Shown here: piece by piece, positions 23,068-33,002 of the stretch | How positions within the stretch are numbered: position 1 is the stretch's first letter | Layout of the letters: every line of letters starts with the position of its first letter | Assembly: GCA_946965045.2 (NCBI GenBank) | Contig: OX337240.1 | Coordinates: forward strand, 1,426,001 to 1,490,000 | Length of the DNA: 64,000 bases | DNA from: Epithemia pelagica | Taxonomy: Eukaryota > Protista > Bacillariophyta | Reading direction: 5' to 3' | Made by a program: the position numbers and the translations under genes | Notes under the pieces: model-generated | Seen by the model: only the letters and a program-made list of their open reading frames with translations | Databases searched by the model: none | What the model was told of the DNA's origin: nothing

Positions 23068-23843
23068 TTTCTTTTCCTTGTCATCCTCATTCTTTGATTG
23101 AAGAAACGACTTGTGGATAGGAATCCTCTCCTTCTGATATGGTTCACGTCGCCGAGATGGCTCTTGTGTGCGTCCAGGGCCGAATCCATTTCCAATCAGA
23201 TCGGTACGTCGTGTTGTTGTTGTGAAAGTTTGCTTATTCTCGTCAGATCATCCAATGACAACGATGACAGCCACCACAAGAATTCGAAATATTGCCGTCG
23301 TTGCTTTTTTGTGGTCCTTGGTCAGCTCGATTATTTGTCTTTTTCAGGTCAAAGGATTATACAACAATACAGAAAAACAAAACATGGTCATAATGTGGGC
23401 GGAATTTGGGCGATATAGCCATCTGTCGGCGAGTCCTAAATAAGTCCTATTGTACTTGTACTCGTATTGTACTCCTACTCCCTAACTACTTGTAACGTTT
23501 AACTAACCCCTCGCCACGGGGCGAGTGAATCTTTGATGGGAGCGGAGGGAAACAGTCGCGGATAATTTTATATTATTTCGAATTTTGAATGTTTGTATCC
23601 TTTAAATCCGTGTAGTTGTGTACAATACAGAGATGATTCTGAATGGGCCGAACCAACACTCCCCTCGTACTTTCTCGGAGTCTCACATTTTGGAATTCCT
23701 GTTTTTCAGTTGGAAGACGAAACGAAACGAAACGAAACCATTCTATCAGCGACTAGGAATCACCTACCGACCAAGACAACTAAACTAAAGGCACGTTAAT
23801 CATAAAGTGTTCTTATGTGGACGCTCTATTGCTTGCATGGGTC

Positions 23844-26800
23844 TTAAAATACTTGAACAAGGGCTTCGGTTGTGGATTCTCGTAGTGGTCCGACGGGACG
23901 AAAGGGCTCGTCGTTACGTTTTGGATTGGACCGTGACTGTGTCGTCGACACTTCTCGCGCCGCCAGGTGAATGTTCAGTTCTGGATATTGAATGATATCG
24001 TCCGGTTTGACACTGGCATCACTACTTGAGAGTCGTCTCTTTTCCTTTCGTTCCGCCTTTCGTTTGAGCTTCTCTTCGTCTGGTAGTTCAATCTCAACCC
24101 ACACAATGTGCTCTCCCTCGGGTAAAAAGTAGGCAAAAATGTCGTGACCTGGTGTGTTCGGCTGGATCACATCCTCAACCGACGTGTCATCCTCCTCCAA
24201 TTCCAGAGGAGCTTCTGGTACCGAGGCACCTGAGGACAAGCCGGGTGCGTCCAACTCTCCTCGGTTTCCACGACCAAAGGGGAACAAACCCTTGCCAAAT
24301 CGACGTAGCGGTGATCCAGGAGATTCCGGGGCCTGCAGAGCCGCCGCAGAAGATGACGTCGACGGAGGTCCTCCCGAAGGACCCGAGGGACCTCCCGTAG
24401 CACCACCCGACGTTGTAGGACTCTGTTGGGAAGGAGGGGGTTGTGCCGGTTGCTGTTGATGCTGCTGCTGCTGTTGGTGTTGTGCTGTCGGCATTGAGAC
24501 ACGACGACCAGGACGAGAACTTTTGTCTTGGTCCTTTTTCTTTTCCACCTTTACGTCATCTTTCTCAAGTTCTGATGTATTTCCCTTGGTTTCGGCAGCA
24601 TCGGAGCTGTAGTCAGCTCCTTTATCCGATAGAATATTGGAGATGGAAGCTCGTCGCCTCAATCGCGAGAAACTTCCTTCCATTTCCGATCCTGCATCGT
24701 CATCCAGTGCCATGAGGGTTCGAGTATGAGATCCCGAATTTCTCCTAGTCAGCAGACCGCGTCGACTTCCGGAACGGTTCATGGAAGCGCGTCGATCCTG
24801 GCCAGACGTACTTGCATTACTTGACGAACGCCTCGTTGTGCTGCGTCCCTGAGTCGACCTGGTCGATGGTTGTTGATCGGAGGTGGATCGGGAGGAAGTT
24901 CGTGGACGGGGAGGAAGATTCTCACCATTACCACCATTTGCACCAGACGCAACGTCTGTCGGGTCACCGCCACGGGCAGGAATGGGAGATGCCTTACGCA
25001 CCACATCGTCATGGACGGACCCATTGTCGCTGTCGGAAGAGCTGTAAGACGTGGTACGTTGTCGAGCGCTCTTGTTCTGATCCAGTTTATCATCTGCCAC
25101 CTTGCTGTCTTGCTTGACCTCGGGTTTTTCCTGTTTAGCCTCAGGTTTGTCTTGTTTCTGTTGTTGAATTTCCTTTTGTACTTCATCTTTGAGCTCCGCT
25201 CGCAACTCTCGTCGAATCTGTTCCTTCAAGGCTTCCCTCTCAAGCTCCTCTTTCATTTGTCTCTTGACTTCTTCTTTCATTTGCTGCTTGAGCTCCTCTT
25301 TCATGATATCTTCTTGGGACATGCCATGGGTTGGTGCAGACTCTTCTGTCGTTCCTGTTTCACCTCCTTCTACTGCACCCTCCCCGTTTTGATTCGAATT
25401 GCCTTCGGGTGGTGACTTTTTGCCGACAGTGTTGGAATCGTCCTCTCCCCCCGCGGATGGCTGCGCTTGTTGTTGTTGTTGCTGCTGCTTGGCGGCCGGT
25501 GGTGGTTGCCGAGCCTTGCGCCGGATGCGTGGTGGACCAGGACTTTGTCGGGATCTGGCTCCTGCTACGGACGTGCGTGTATGTGTGGATTCCTCGTCGT
25601 CCTTGGTTACCTTGGTATCATTGGAACTGGCTGGTTTGGCCTTGACCGATGGAGGTGGTGGTTCCGTCGTACTACCATTCGTAGTATTGTTGCCGTTATT
25701 GGAAGCCGTTGGTTTGGGTTGTTTCGTAGGACTGCCGTTGGAGCTGGAATCCGCCAGTGAGGCATTGGATTTGGCGGATTTGGTGGGTGATGAAACTTCT
25801 GGTGCACCAGGTCTGGAGGATTTGGTTGGTGATGAAACTTCTGGTGCACCGGGTTTGGCGGATTTGGTAGGTGATAAAACCTCTGGTGCACTGGGTTTGG
25901 AGGATTTGGTAGGTGACGAAACTTCTGGTGCACTGGGTTTGGAAGATTTGGTGGGTGATGAAACTTCTGGAGAACCGGGTTTGGAAGATTTGGTGGGTGA
26001 TGAAACTTCTGGCGCCCCTGGTTTGGAAGATTTGGTGGGTGATGAAACTTCTGGTGCACTGGGTTTGGAGGAGGATTTGGTAGGTGACGTTAGTTCGGGC
26101 GCCCCTGGTTTGGACGATTTGGTGGGAGGTGATGTCACTTCGGCCGCACTGGGTTTGGACCCTCTCATGGGTGACGCCACCTCCGGAGCAGCTGCCGTCT
26201 GTTTGACCTTGTTGGTGGCGCCAGCAGGGGACGTTGGTTCCAGGTTGCTGGATCGAGATCGTACCATGGGGGCAGATGTCCCGGTAGCAATATCATTGTC
26301 GGCCGTTTCGTCCTTGCTATTAGTGCCATGGTTGTTGTTGTTGTTGTTGTTGCTCATACTGGACGAAGTCGATGGTGGAGGTGGACGCCGGTTCGGACCA
26401 GGCTTGCGTTTGCGTGCCACCGGCTTGTTGTTGTTGTTTGGTTTGACACTGGTATTGTTTGTAGCGTTGTTGTGGTTATTGCTATTCGGTCGGTCATTGT
26501 CACTGTCACTGTCCGAAGAAGAGCTACTCGAGGAATCATCATTGTCATTCATATCATTGGGGTCGACATCGGGCAAGTTGGTCCAATCGGCTCCCTTGCC
26601 CTGATGAACCGTTTCGGCGGGCTTGACACCAGGCACTTTGCCACTGGATACACGCCAGGTACTGGCATCTCCATGATAATAATGATTCAACCCCCATTCT
26701 ACCTTGGAGACGGGTTTATACGCCGAGTCTTCTTCTTCTTCCACGGCACTTTTGTTATTGTTGCGTGTGGATGGATTGCCCGTAATCATTTGTTCCGACA

Positions 26801-27668
26801 TGGTTTTGCGTAACATGGGTTTGCTCTTGTTGGCTGGAGTGTTGTGCATGCCATTTTTGACCGCCAGGCCTTTGGATTTCTTGATGGATACCATGTCGTC
26901 TTCGGGATTGTTCTCCAAAGCCGACGCGTCCGCCACTTTGCGGGGACTACCTCCTCCTGCTGCCATGCGACGTGGACTGCCCATGACGTGAGCACTATGG
27001 GTACTCCCCTTGAGGGGATCGGATCCCTTGAACCGCTTCATGGTACCAGCCTTGGCCGGAGAGGACACGGAAGCTTTACCAGATGTCTCTTGTTTGGGAG
27101 ATTCAGCGCCAGACAATTTGTCCTTGGAATGTTGCTTTTGTTGTTGTTGTTGCTGCTGCTTGGTGCGAGCCGAGTTTGTTTCATTGGCCATGGCGGACAT
27201 GATGCCCAAACTACTTCTTCGCTGTTCTCGACCCGTATTGTTGCTACTGCCATTTCGGGAAGGAGGACTTTCACTCCCACCCAATCCTCCACTGCTCGTC
27301 GAATCATGCAACAAACCAGAGGATTTTTCTCCCCTACTATGGCGACTGAGTGGGGGTGGAGGAGCATGATCTTCCAACGATGCCTCGTCGTCATCCATCA
27401 CATTGGGAATGGCCGGGGCGCTGGCCGTCGCTCGAAACCTCATGGTAGAGTCGTACAAAGAAGAAGAAGAAGATGCTCCAAGCTCACTTCGTTCCTCTCT
27501 CTTTGGTTTGACGAGTTGTCCTACCCACACCAACAATACCAACGGAGATACACCTCCAAAGAAGGCCTTGTGTTTGTTGGGATGATGATTGATCCGTATT
27601 ACTCTACTGGCAGTAGACTTTTTGGCAGGCACAAGACCCCCGGTTTTTCTTCGTTTGATTTTCCCCAA
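23844..27668 (-). CDS. Large intrinsically disordered Ser/Pro/Lys-rich protein with a 14-aa tandem repeat and a coiled-coil
   Basis: 1274-codon open frame, mostly low complexity, with a coiled-coil (EELKQQMKEEVKRQMKEELE...). The true start is uncertain and probably downstream (MRFRATA). Confidence 0.7.
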   Translation of the reverse strand: MGKIKRRKTGGLVPAKKSTASRVIRINHHPNKHKAFFGGVSPLVLLVWVGQLVKPKREERSELGASSSSSLYDSTMRFRATASAPAIPNVMDDDEASLEDHAPPPPLSRHSRGEKSSGLLHDSTSSGGLGGSESPPSRNGSSNNTGREQRRSSLGIMSAMANETNSARTKQQQQQQQKQHSKDKLSGAESPKQETSGKASVSSPAKAGTMKRFKGSDPLKGSTHSAHVMGSPRRMAAGGGSPRKVADASALENNPEDDMVSIKKSKGLAVKNGMHNTPANKSKPMLRKTMSEQMITGNPSTRNNNKSAVEEEEDSAYKPVSKVEWGLNHYYHGDASTWRVSSGKVPGVKPAETVHQGKGADWTNLPDVDPNDMNDNDDSSSSSSSDSDSDNDRPNSNNHNNATNNTSVKPNNNNKPVARKRKPGPNRRPPPPSTSSSMSNNNNNNNHGTNSKDETADNDIATGTSAPMVRSRSSNLEPTSPAGATNKVKQTAAAPEVASPMRGSKPSAAEVTSPPTKSSKPGAPELTSPTKSSSKPSAPEVSSPTKSSKPGAPEVSSPTKSSKPGSPEVSSPTKSSKPSAPEVSSPTKSSKPSAPEVLSPTKSAKPGAPEVSSPTKSSRPGAPEVSSPTKSAKSNASLADSSSNGSPTKQPKPTASNNGNNTTNGSTTEPPPPSVKAKPASSNDTKVTKDDEESTHTRTSVAGARSRQSPGPPRIRRKARQPPPAAKQQQQQQQAQPSAGGEDDSNTVGKKSPPEGNSNQNGEGAVEGGETGTTEESAPTHGMSQEDIMKEELKQQMKEEVKRQMKEELEREALKEQIRRELRAELKDEVQKEIQQQKQDKPEAKQEKPEVKQDSKVADDKLDQNKSARQRTTSYSSSDSDNGSVHDDVVRKASPIPARGGDPTDVASGANGGNGENLPPRPRTSSRSTSDQQPSTRSTQGRSTTRRSSSNASTSGQDRRASMNRSGSRRGLLTRRNSGSHTRTLMALDDDAGSEMEGSFSRLRRRASISNILSDKGADYSSDAAETKGNTSELEKDDVKVEKKKDQDKSSRPGRRVSMPTAQHQQQQQHQQQPAQPPPSQQSPTTSGGATGGPSGPSGGPPSTSSSAAALQAPESPGSPLRRFGKGLFPFGRGNRGELDAPGLSSGASVPEAPLELEEDDTSVEDVIQPNTPGHDIFAYFLPEGEHIVWVEIELPDEEKLKRKAERKEKRRLSSSDASVKPDDIIQYPELNIHLAAREVSTTQSRSNPKRNDEPFRPVGPLRESTTEALVQVF
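25768..26190 (-). repeat. Coding minisatellite: about 10 copies of a ~42-bp unit encoding APEVSSPTKSSKP[GS]
   Basis: Seven near-identical units and three degenerate ones, read from the translation. The + strand repeats GATTTGGT[GA]GGTGA[TC]GAAACTTCTGG. Confidence 0.9.
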
Positions 27669-28746
27669 CCGTTGGGGAAAGATTGCGGTTGAAGTACAGT
27701 AGCAGCATTACAATAAATAATAGTGTGTGCCAAGACTGCACGAAGATGACATGCTAATGGCCCAACCAAAAAGTCCAAAACATCCATACACTTCAGCTCA
27801 TACTGACACGTGTGCAAGCATGATGGCAAGGACCAACGGATTTCCCTACCAGTGGAACAACAAAGAAAGGGAGAAGTCACGGTCATTGGATGACAGCGAT
27901 CGAAGCTTTCCCAACCCAATTCGAATTCGTTTGAATTGAAGAAAATTTATTAGGCGTATATTAACTGCTCGTATTGCGGTACGAGTAAGCTACCTTCCTC
28001 TCGATATTAGCCACTTCACGTGTTTCCAAAAAATACCACAATCCCTAAAACACACCACCAACGAAACGAACAGTCGCCTCGTTGTTGCTCGTTTGAGCTA
28101 TCGGACGACGACGGACGCAACAACCAGAAGAAGAGCGAACAAGTCCTTCCGCAAGTGTGACTGCTTCCATTGCGACTGCACAGAGACAGAGTCACGTTTG
28201 GGTGTTCCGAATCCGTACCAGCAGTACTACCATCATGGTGCTTGTGTTCACTCCGTCTCCTGCAAACAGATGGATCATCCCTCTATCGAATAGGAGGCAG
28301 CTTTCGCCACCGCCGTGCTTCCACATCCCCTTTAACGAATAGGAGTAGCTCTCTAGGTAGAGAGGTCCGAGTCTCTAGAGTAGGCATCCATACATCTGGA
28401 GGTAGTAACTCTCAAGACGCTCAATCGCATAGGAGTAACGATCGAGGAAAGACGCTACTGTCTGTGTTGTGTGTTGGGGGCTTGTCCTTGATGTAGATTT
28501 TTTGGTGAGAATGTTTGGGAGATGATTAGAAGCTGGTCGAATGAGACCTCCGATTCCGGTCTCTTGTGTTTGTCTGGAACCAAAGGCGTGAGGCGAGATC
28601 AACCCCAAGAACCATCATGATTGCCATAAACTTGGTGGTGCAAGAAGAAGATTGGAGAGTTGGCCGCTCATGGATTAAGCATCTGCACAAGAACGTGAAC
28701 AAATCACAGAGCAAGCGAAAGACCGCAATGCAGGTGCTACATATGC

Positions 28747-28792
28747 GTAGTTTGGGTCTTGCTTCACGGCCCTCGAATGAATCACGCGCCAT
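28747..28792 (+). promoter_or_regulatory. Conserved bipartite upstream element, copy 1 (upstream of paralogue A)
   Basis: GTAGTTTGGGTCTTGC and TCGAATGAATCACGCGCCAT match 30913-30961 at 15/16 and 19/20 nt, while the surrounding sequence has diverged. Confidence 0.55.
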
Positions 28793-29003
28793 TTTTCTCT
28801 TGCTGTTCTTGTACCGCAGTACGGTGACGTCTCTCGCCGAGTCTCGCGGGATGCGGAGGCAATAAACACCCAACCAGAAAGCTCATTCTTTTGCAGTATC
28901 ACGGGGTCATATCTTCATTTCTCTCTTTTACCTTCCATCCGGCAGGAGCATCGGCAACACCAAGGATCGTTCGACAAACAGCAAGTCCGTTGGTTCATCA
29001 AAC

Positions 29004-30431
29004 ATGCCGAAACGCTCCCGTTCCAAATTACAGCAGAGACTCATTGTCTTCGCTCTCATGTCGACGATGGTGTTTCTGTTTCAGTTCACGTCCATGTCCA
29101 TGGTGAGCATGATACCCACAGCCAACTATGAGCATCCAACTCATCAATCCCAGAAGGATGAAACAACGGTCCTTTCCTTTCCTCCCAAATCATCTCGGAT
29201 TTCCTTTACACTGCATCGCAATCGTCCGTATCGGAACATTTTTAACCCTTACGTGAACTGCCTAAAAAAGAGCCCTCGACGAGACCCCCTCCCGGCGGCC
29301 ATGACAGTTGAGAGTCCAGGAGTGTTGGATTTCACGACTTATTGGTCCACGGATTTAAAGACTTTGGTCATGGGTGACTCAGTGGGAATACAATTATCGG
29401 AAACCTTGGAAGAAGTCGTCAGCGCCAATGTGTCGCATCGATCGGTGTTGCGAGAATCTTGGAGAGGTCATGTTGGTCTTCACGTATCCGCGCCGGTCCA
29501 AGGCGGTGGAGCAGTGGCTGGATGGCGGATTCTGCATTTCTTGTTGGCCCGAAAACATGGCAGTGGGTTGCCCAACCATTGCTGCGGAGGATGGTTGCGC
29601 TCGGATGTTCATCAATTACTCAATCATACCTATTCGGTACCCGAAGCAACCGCTTCCAACACAGCATCTGGAATCTCAAACTCAACCATTCAATCGTTTG
29701 ATGTCATGATCTTTCGCATCTCTCACGGTTGGAATAAATTGGACATAGTTTCGAGGGAGAACATAGAAGAAACAATCCGCTTGGCCTCTTCATTGTTTGG
29801 TGTCAAGACTCTTATATTTTTGTCTCTTCCCTTTATCAACAACATTGTAGCCCAAGCTGACCTCGACCTGCTCTACGTCAAACGTAAACTGCTTCAAGAA
29901 GTGGCGCATAACTGGACTATGCAGCAGCAACTGAAACGACAACGTGACGGCATGGTAGAGGGAGTCGAAACGGTTCTAGTATTGGATATGGCCAAGCTGA
30001 CCGATGAGCTCATTACGTGGAACGCCAACTTGTTGGGTATGGATACGACGACATCCGACTATTGGTTGGGAAGGTCTACGGATGACAAGAATCCAAATGT
30101 GTCGTATACACATCACACGGCACAAGTGTGTGCCAAAGTACCACCCAAGCGACAACGGGGCAAACCAAAAAAGTGTGCGCTGAATTCCATTTCGGTCGAT
30201 GGAATGCATTGGTGCTTTGAAACGATTGGCGGACGACTTTTTGCTGGCATGGGCTGCCAATTAGCCTGTGTCTACTCCAACCACAACGCGACGGAACCAT
30301 CAGTTCCAGCAATGTCCACCAAGAATGGTACCGTCATACCCATGTTGTCACCCGTGGAGGACTGTGCTCAAAAGTGCAATGACAAATACATGGGATTACA
30401 ACCCGTCGACCCCTCTGAAATCCTAGACTGA
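29004..30431 (+). CDS. Type II membrane protein with SGNH/PC-esterase (TBL-like) motifs, paralogue A
   Basis: 475 aa. Short basic N-terminus and a single TM helix; LVMGDS (GDS nucleophile block); DGMHWC (DxxH block); several conserved Cys. Confidence 0.7.
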   Translation: MPKRSRSKLQQRLIVFALMSTMVFLFQFTSMSMVSMIPTANYEHPTHQSQKDETTVLSFPPKSSRISFTLHRNRPYRNIFNPYVNCLKKSPRRDPLPAAMTVESPGVLDFTTYWSTDLKTLVMGDSVGIQLSETLEEVVSANVSHRSVLRESWRGHVGLHVSAPVQGGGAVAGWRILHFLLARKHGSGLPNHCCGGWLRSDVHQLLNHTYSVPEATASNTASGISNSTIQSFDVMIFRISHGWNKLDIVSRENIEETIRLASSLFGVKTLIFLSLPFINNIVAQADLDLLYVKRKLLQEVAHNWTMQQQLKRQRDGMVEGVETVLVLDMAKLTDELITWNANLLGMDTTTSDYWLGRSTDDKNPNVSYTHHTAQVCAKVPPKRQRGKPKKCALNSISVDGMHWCFETIGGRLFAGMGCQLACVYSNHNATEPSVPAMSTKNGTVIPMLSPVEDCAQKCNDKYMGLQPVDPSEILD

Positions 30432-30912
30432 GTGATAGACGGTCGACAAACAAGTCGAGCGGAAACTATCGACGCTGTAAACTCGTTGTCTCTGTACAAG
30501 AATCAAGCTCTACTCTTCCAATTGTTGTATGCTTGAACGATAACCGCAAGGACAAGCAACTGGAGGGGATGATAAATAATGTATGAGAAGGCACTCGGCA
30601 CTTGTTTCTTTTCAGAAAAGAAGGAGGGAACTGCAATGTGCAGTGTAAAGGTAGGAAATACTGTGGAGGAGAAGGGAAGTCATTTTGTGGAGAGAGACTG
30701 GCGAAAGTGAACGATGAGGTTCCACTGCTATCCAATGGTTGTAATCTTTTCCTGGCAGTAAAACCAGGAACATAGAGATTGGTAACGAATATATGTAGCT
30801 TTTAGAATGAGTAGAGTACATCTTGATCTTGCCGTTTCAATGTCACTACGACTACTCCCCTTGGAGTATTCACGGAGAGTGAAGAGGAAGAAAGACCATC
30901 ACATAACACATG

Positions 30913-30961
30913 GTAGTTTGGGTCCTGCGTCGTCGCTTACATCGAATGAGTCACGCGCCAT
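30913..30961 (+). promoter_or_regulatory. Conserved bipartite upstream element, copy 2 (upstream of paralogue B)
   Basis: GTAGTTTGGGTCCTGC and TCGAATGAGTCACGCGCCAT; contains TGAGTCA. Confidence 0.55.
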
Positions 30962-31120
30962 GCTGCACATGCGCGATATCGCGAGCACGTCACACCGTTT
31001 TGAATAGGGGAAGCCACAATAAAAGTGTCAATACTCAAAATACAAAATACCGTTGCAACAAAGCAAAAAGGTTACAACACAAGAACGCTAGCTACAAACA
31101 AGTACCTTGATTCATCAAAC

Positions 31121-32566
31121 ATGGCAAAACGGAACGGTTCCAAATCAAAGCCGAGACTCGTTGTTTTCGCCGCGTTGTTCTGTCTCTTTCTGCGCCAGTT
31201 CATGGGCATCGTGAACGTGCATCGAAGCATGATCTCAGTAGACGAGCATGACGAGACTCAATTGCTACACTACTTCATGGAGGAGGCTCCATCCTTTCCT
31301 CCTCCCTCCTCTCGGATTTCCTTCACTCTGCATCGCAATCGTCCCTATCAGAACAAGTTCAATACTGGTATGAATTGCCAGAACCAGGTGGATCAAGTCG
31401 TTCGAGCACCGCTTCCGTCGAACATGACGGTCGACAGTCCAGGAGTGCTTGATTTTACCACATACTGGTCCACAGATTTAAAGATTTTGGTCATGGGAGA
31501 CTCCGTCGCCCTTCAAATGTCGGAAACCTTGGAAGAAGTCGTCGAGGCAAATGCGTCGCAGAGGTCTATCTTGCGAGAAAACTGGAAAGGACATGCGGGT
31601 CTTCACGTGTCAGCACCAGTGCGAGGTGGTGGAGTGGTGGCTGGATGGCGGATACTACATTTTCTGTTGGCGCAGAACGAAGGAAAACCCTTGCCGAATC
31701 GATGCTGTGGTGGATGGCGACGCCAGGATCTTCATCAACTACTCAATTATAAAACAAAATCAAGTACCTCGAGTACAATTGAATCGTTTGATGTCATGGT
31801 CTTTCGTATCGCTCATGGTTGGCATAATTTGGATGAAGTGACGAGGCCCTACATGGAAGAAACAATCCGAATGGCCCATTCATTGTTTGGAGTCAAGACC
31901 ATTATTTTCTTGTCTCTTCCCTTTGTCAACAATATACTAAATCAAACGGATCTCGATCTCTTGCATGCTAAACGTGAATTGGTGCAAGAGGTGGCCCATA
32001 ACTGGACCATGGAGCAGCAACTGAAACGGCAACGGAACAACACGGTGGAGGGAGTCGAAACGGTCCTTGTATTGGACATGGCCAAGTTGACGGATGAGCT
32101 CATTACGTGGAACGCCGAGTTGTTGGGAATGGATACAAGGACATCTGACTATTGGTTGGAATCGCTGGGCACAAGGGTGAAAGCGATTCCCTATCTGCAT
32201 CACACCGCTCAAGTGTGTGCCAGTCGCCCCTACGACTCCCACAACCGAAGCAGTACGAACCAGAAACGGCAGCCGGCCAAAAAGGGTTGCACGTTCAATT
32301 CGTTTTCGCGCGATGGAATGCATTGGTGCTTTGAAACCATTGGCGGTCGACTCTTTGCTGGATTGGCTTGTCAATTAGCCTGCGTCTATCCCACATACAA
32401 TCACAGCAGCAGTACTAACACGGTCGAACCACAGTCCCCAACCATTCTCTCTCGAAATGGCTCGTTTCGCGACACCCCCTGGTCGTCTGTGGAGGACTGT
32501 GCTCAAAAGTGCAATGACAAATACATGGGGCTACGACCCATCGACCGCTCTGAAATCCTTGACTGA
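31121..32566 (+). CDS. Type II membrane protein with SGNH/PC-esterase (TBL-like) motifs, paralogue B (tandem duplicate)
   Basis: ATG 31121 has the same context (TTCATCAAACATG) as ATG 29004. Long shared blocks with paralogue A: SPGVLDFTTYWSTDLK, VMGDS, DGMHWCFETIGGRLFAG, VEDCAQKCNDKYMGL, SEILD*. Confidence 0.75.
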   Translation: MAKRNGSKSKPRLVVFAALFCLFLRQFMGIVNVHRSMISVDEHDETQLLHYFMEEAPSFPPPSSRISFTLHRNRPYQNKFNTGMNCQNQVDQVVRAPLPSNMTVDSPGVLDFTTYWSTDLKILVMGDSVALQMSETLEEVVEANASQRSILRENWKGHAGLHVSAPVRGGGVVAGWRILHFLLAQNEGKPLPNRCCGGWRRQDLHQLLNYKTKSSTSSTIESFDVMVFRIAHGWHNLDEVTRPYMEETIRMAHSLFGVKTIIFLSLPFVNNILNQTDLDLLHAKRELVQEVAHNWTMEQQLKRQRNNTVEGVETVLVLDMAKLTDELITWNAELLGMDTRTSDYWLESLGTRVKAIPYLHHTAQVCASRPYDSHNRSSTNQKRQPAKKGCTFNSFSRDGMHWCFETIGGRLFAGLACQLACVYPTYNHSSSTNTVEPQSPTILSRNGSFRDTPWSSVEDCAQKCNDKYMGLRPIDRSEILD

Positions 32567-33002
32567 GTTCAATCTACAGTTCAATCTACACAGTCGCTGA
32601 ACTATGTTATAGTCACAGAGCTCGGTTTCTTCGAAGCAAGCAGCGATCACCCATCACCTCAACCAATGCCCTACAAACAGCTTCTAGCTAGGTTATACTT
32701 GGAATCGGAGTTTCCTTGAGGAAAAGGAGATCGGACTATTGATGAGATTGACCATCTTCTCGAATCGTCTCAACAAAACAATGCTTCTTGGTGAGAAGGA
32801 ACTGCAAACTAACGTTACCAGTTACCAAACACAACGATTGCTCAACTTCTAACGCCACCCGTTGACATAATAGTAGAAAGATGACATAATTGGAATTTTC
32901 CTGGAAACACTGGTTCCGAATCCGAATCGGCGAAGAACCGTACGACGTATGGACCGTACTCGAGGTCTCTCTTCAGTCGCTTAAAAGCTTGATTCATAAC
33001 TT

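Noticed and set aside
25768-26190. KSSK (KxxK) motifs suggesting a silaffin-like biosilica protein
   Set aside because: No convincing signal peptide, and the Lys residues sit in Pro-directed SPTK repeats within a protein that looks intracellular.
12560-27200. CAA/GTT, CAT and GAC trinucleotide runs
   Set aside because: Ordinary coding microsatellites (poly-Q/N/T/D) in low-complexity linkers.
25399-27692. + strand ORFs 25399-26604 (Leu/Asp/Gly repeats) and 26844-27692
   Set aside because: Reverse-complement read-out of the SPTK-repeat gene.
28093-28873. Cys-rich short ORFs (KCDCFHCDC) as a metallothionein, and ORFs 28526-28873 and 28566-28865
   Set aside because: No ATG start for the Cys-rich frame; the others overlap the conserved promoter element and lack coding signals.
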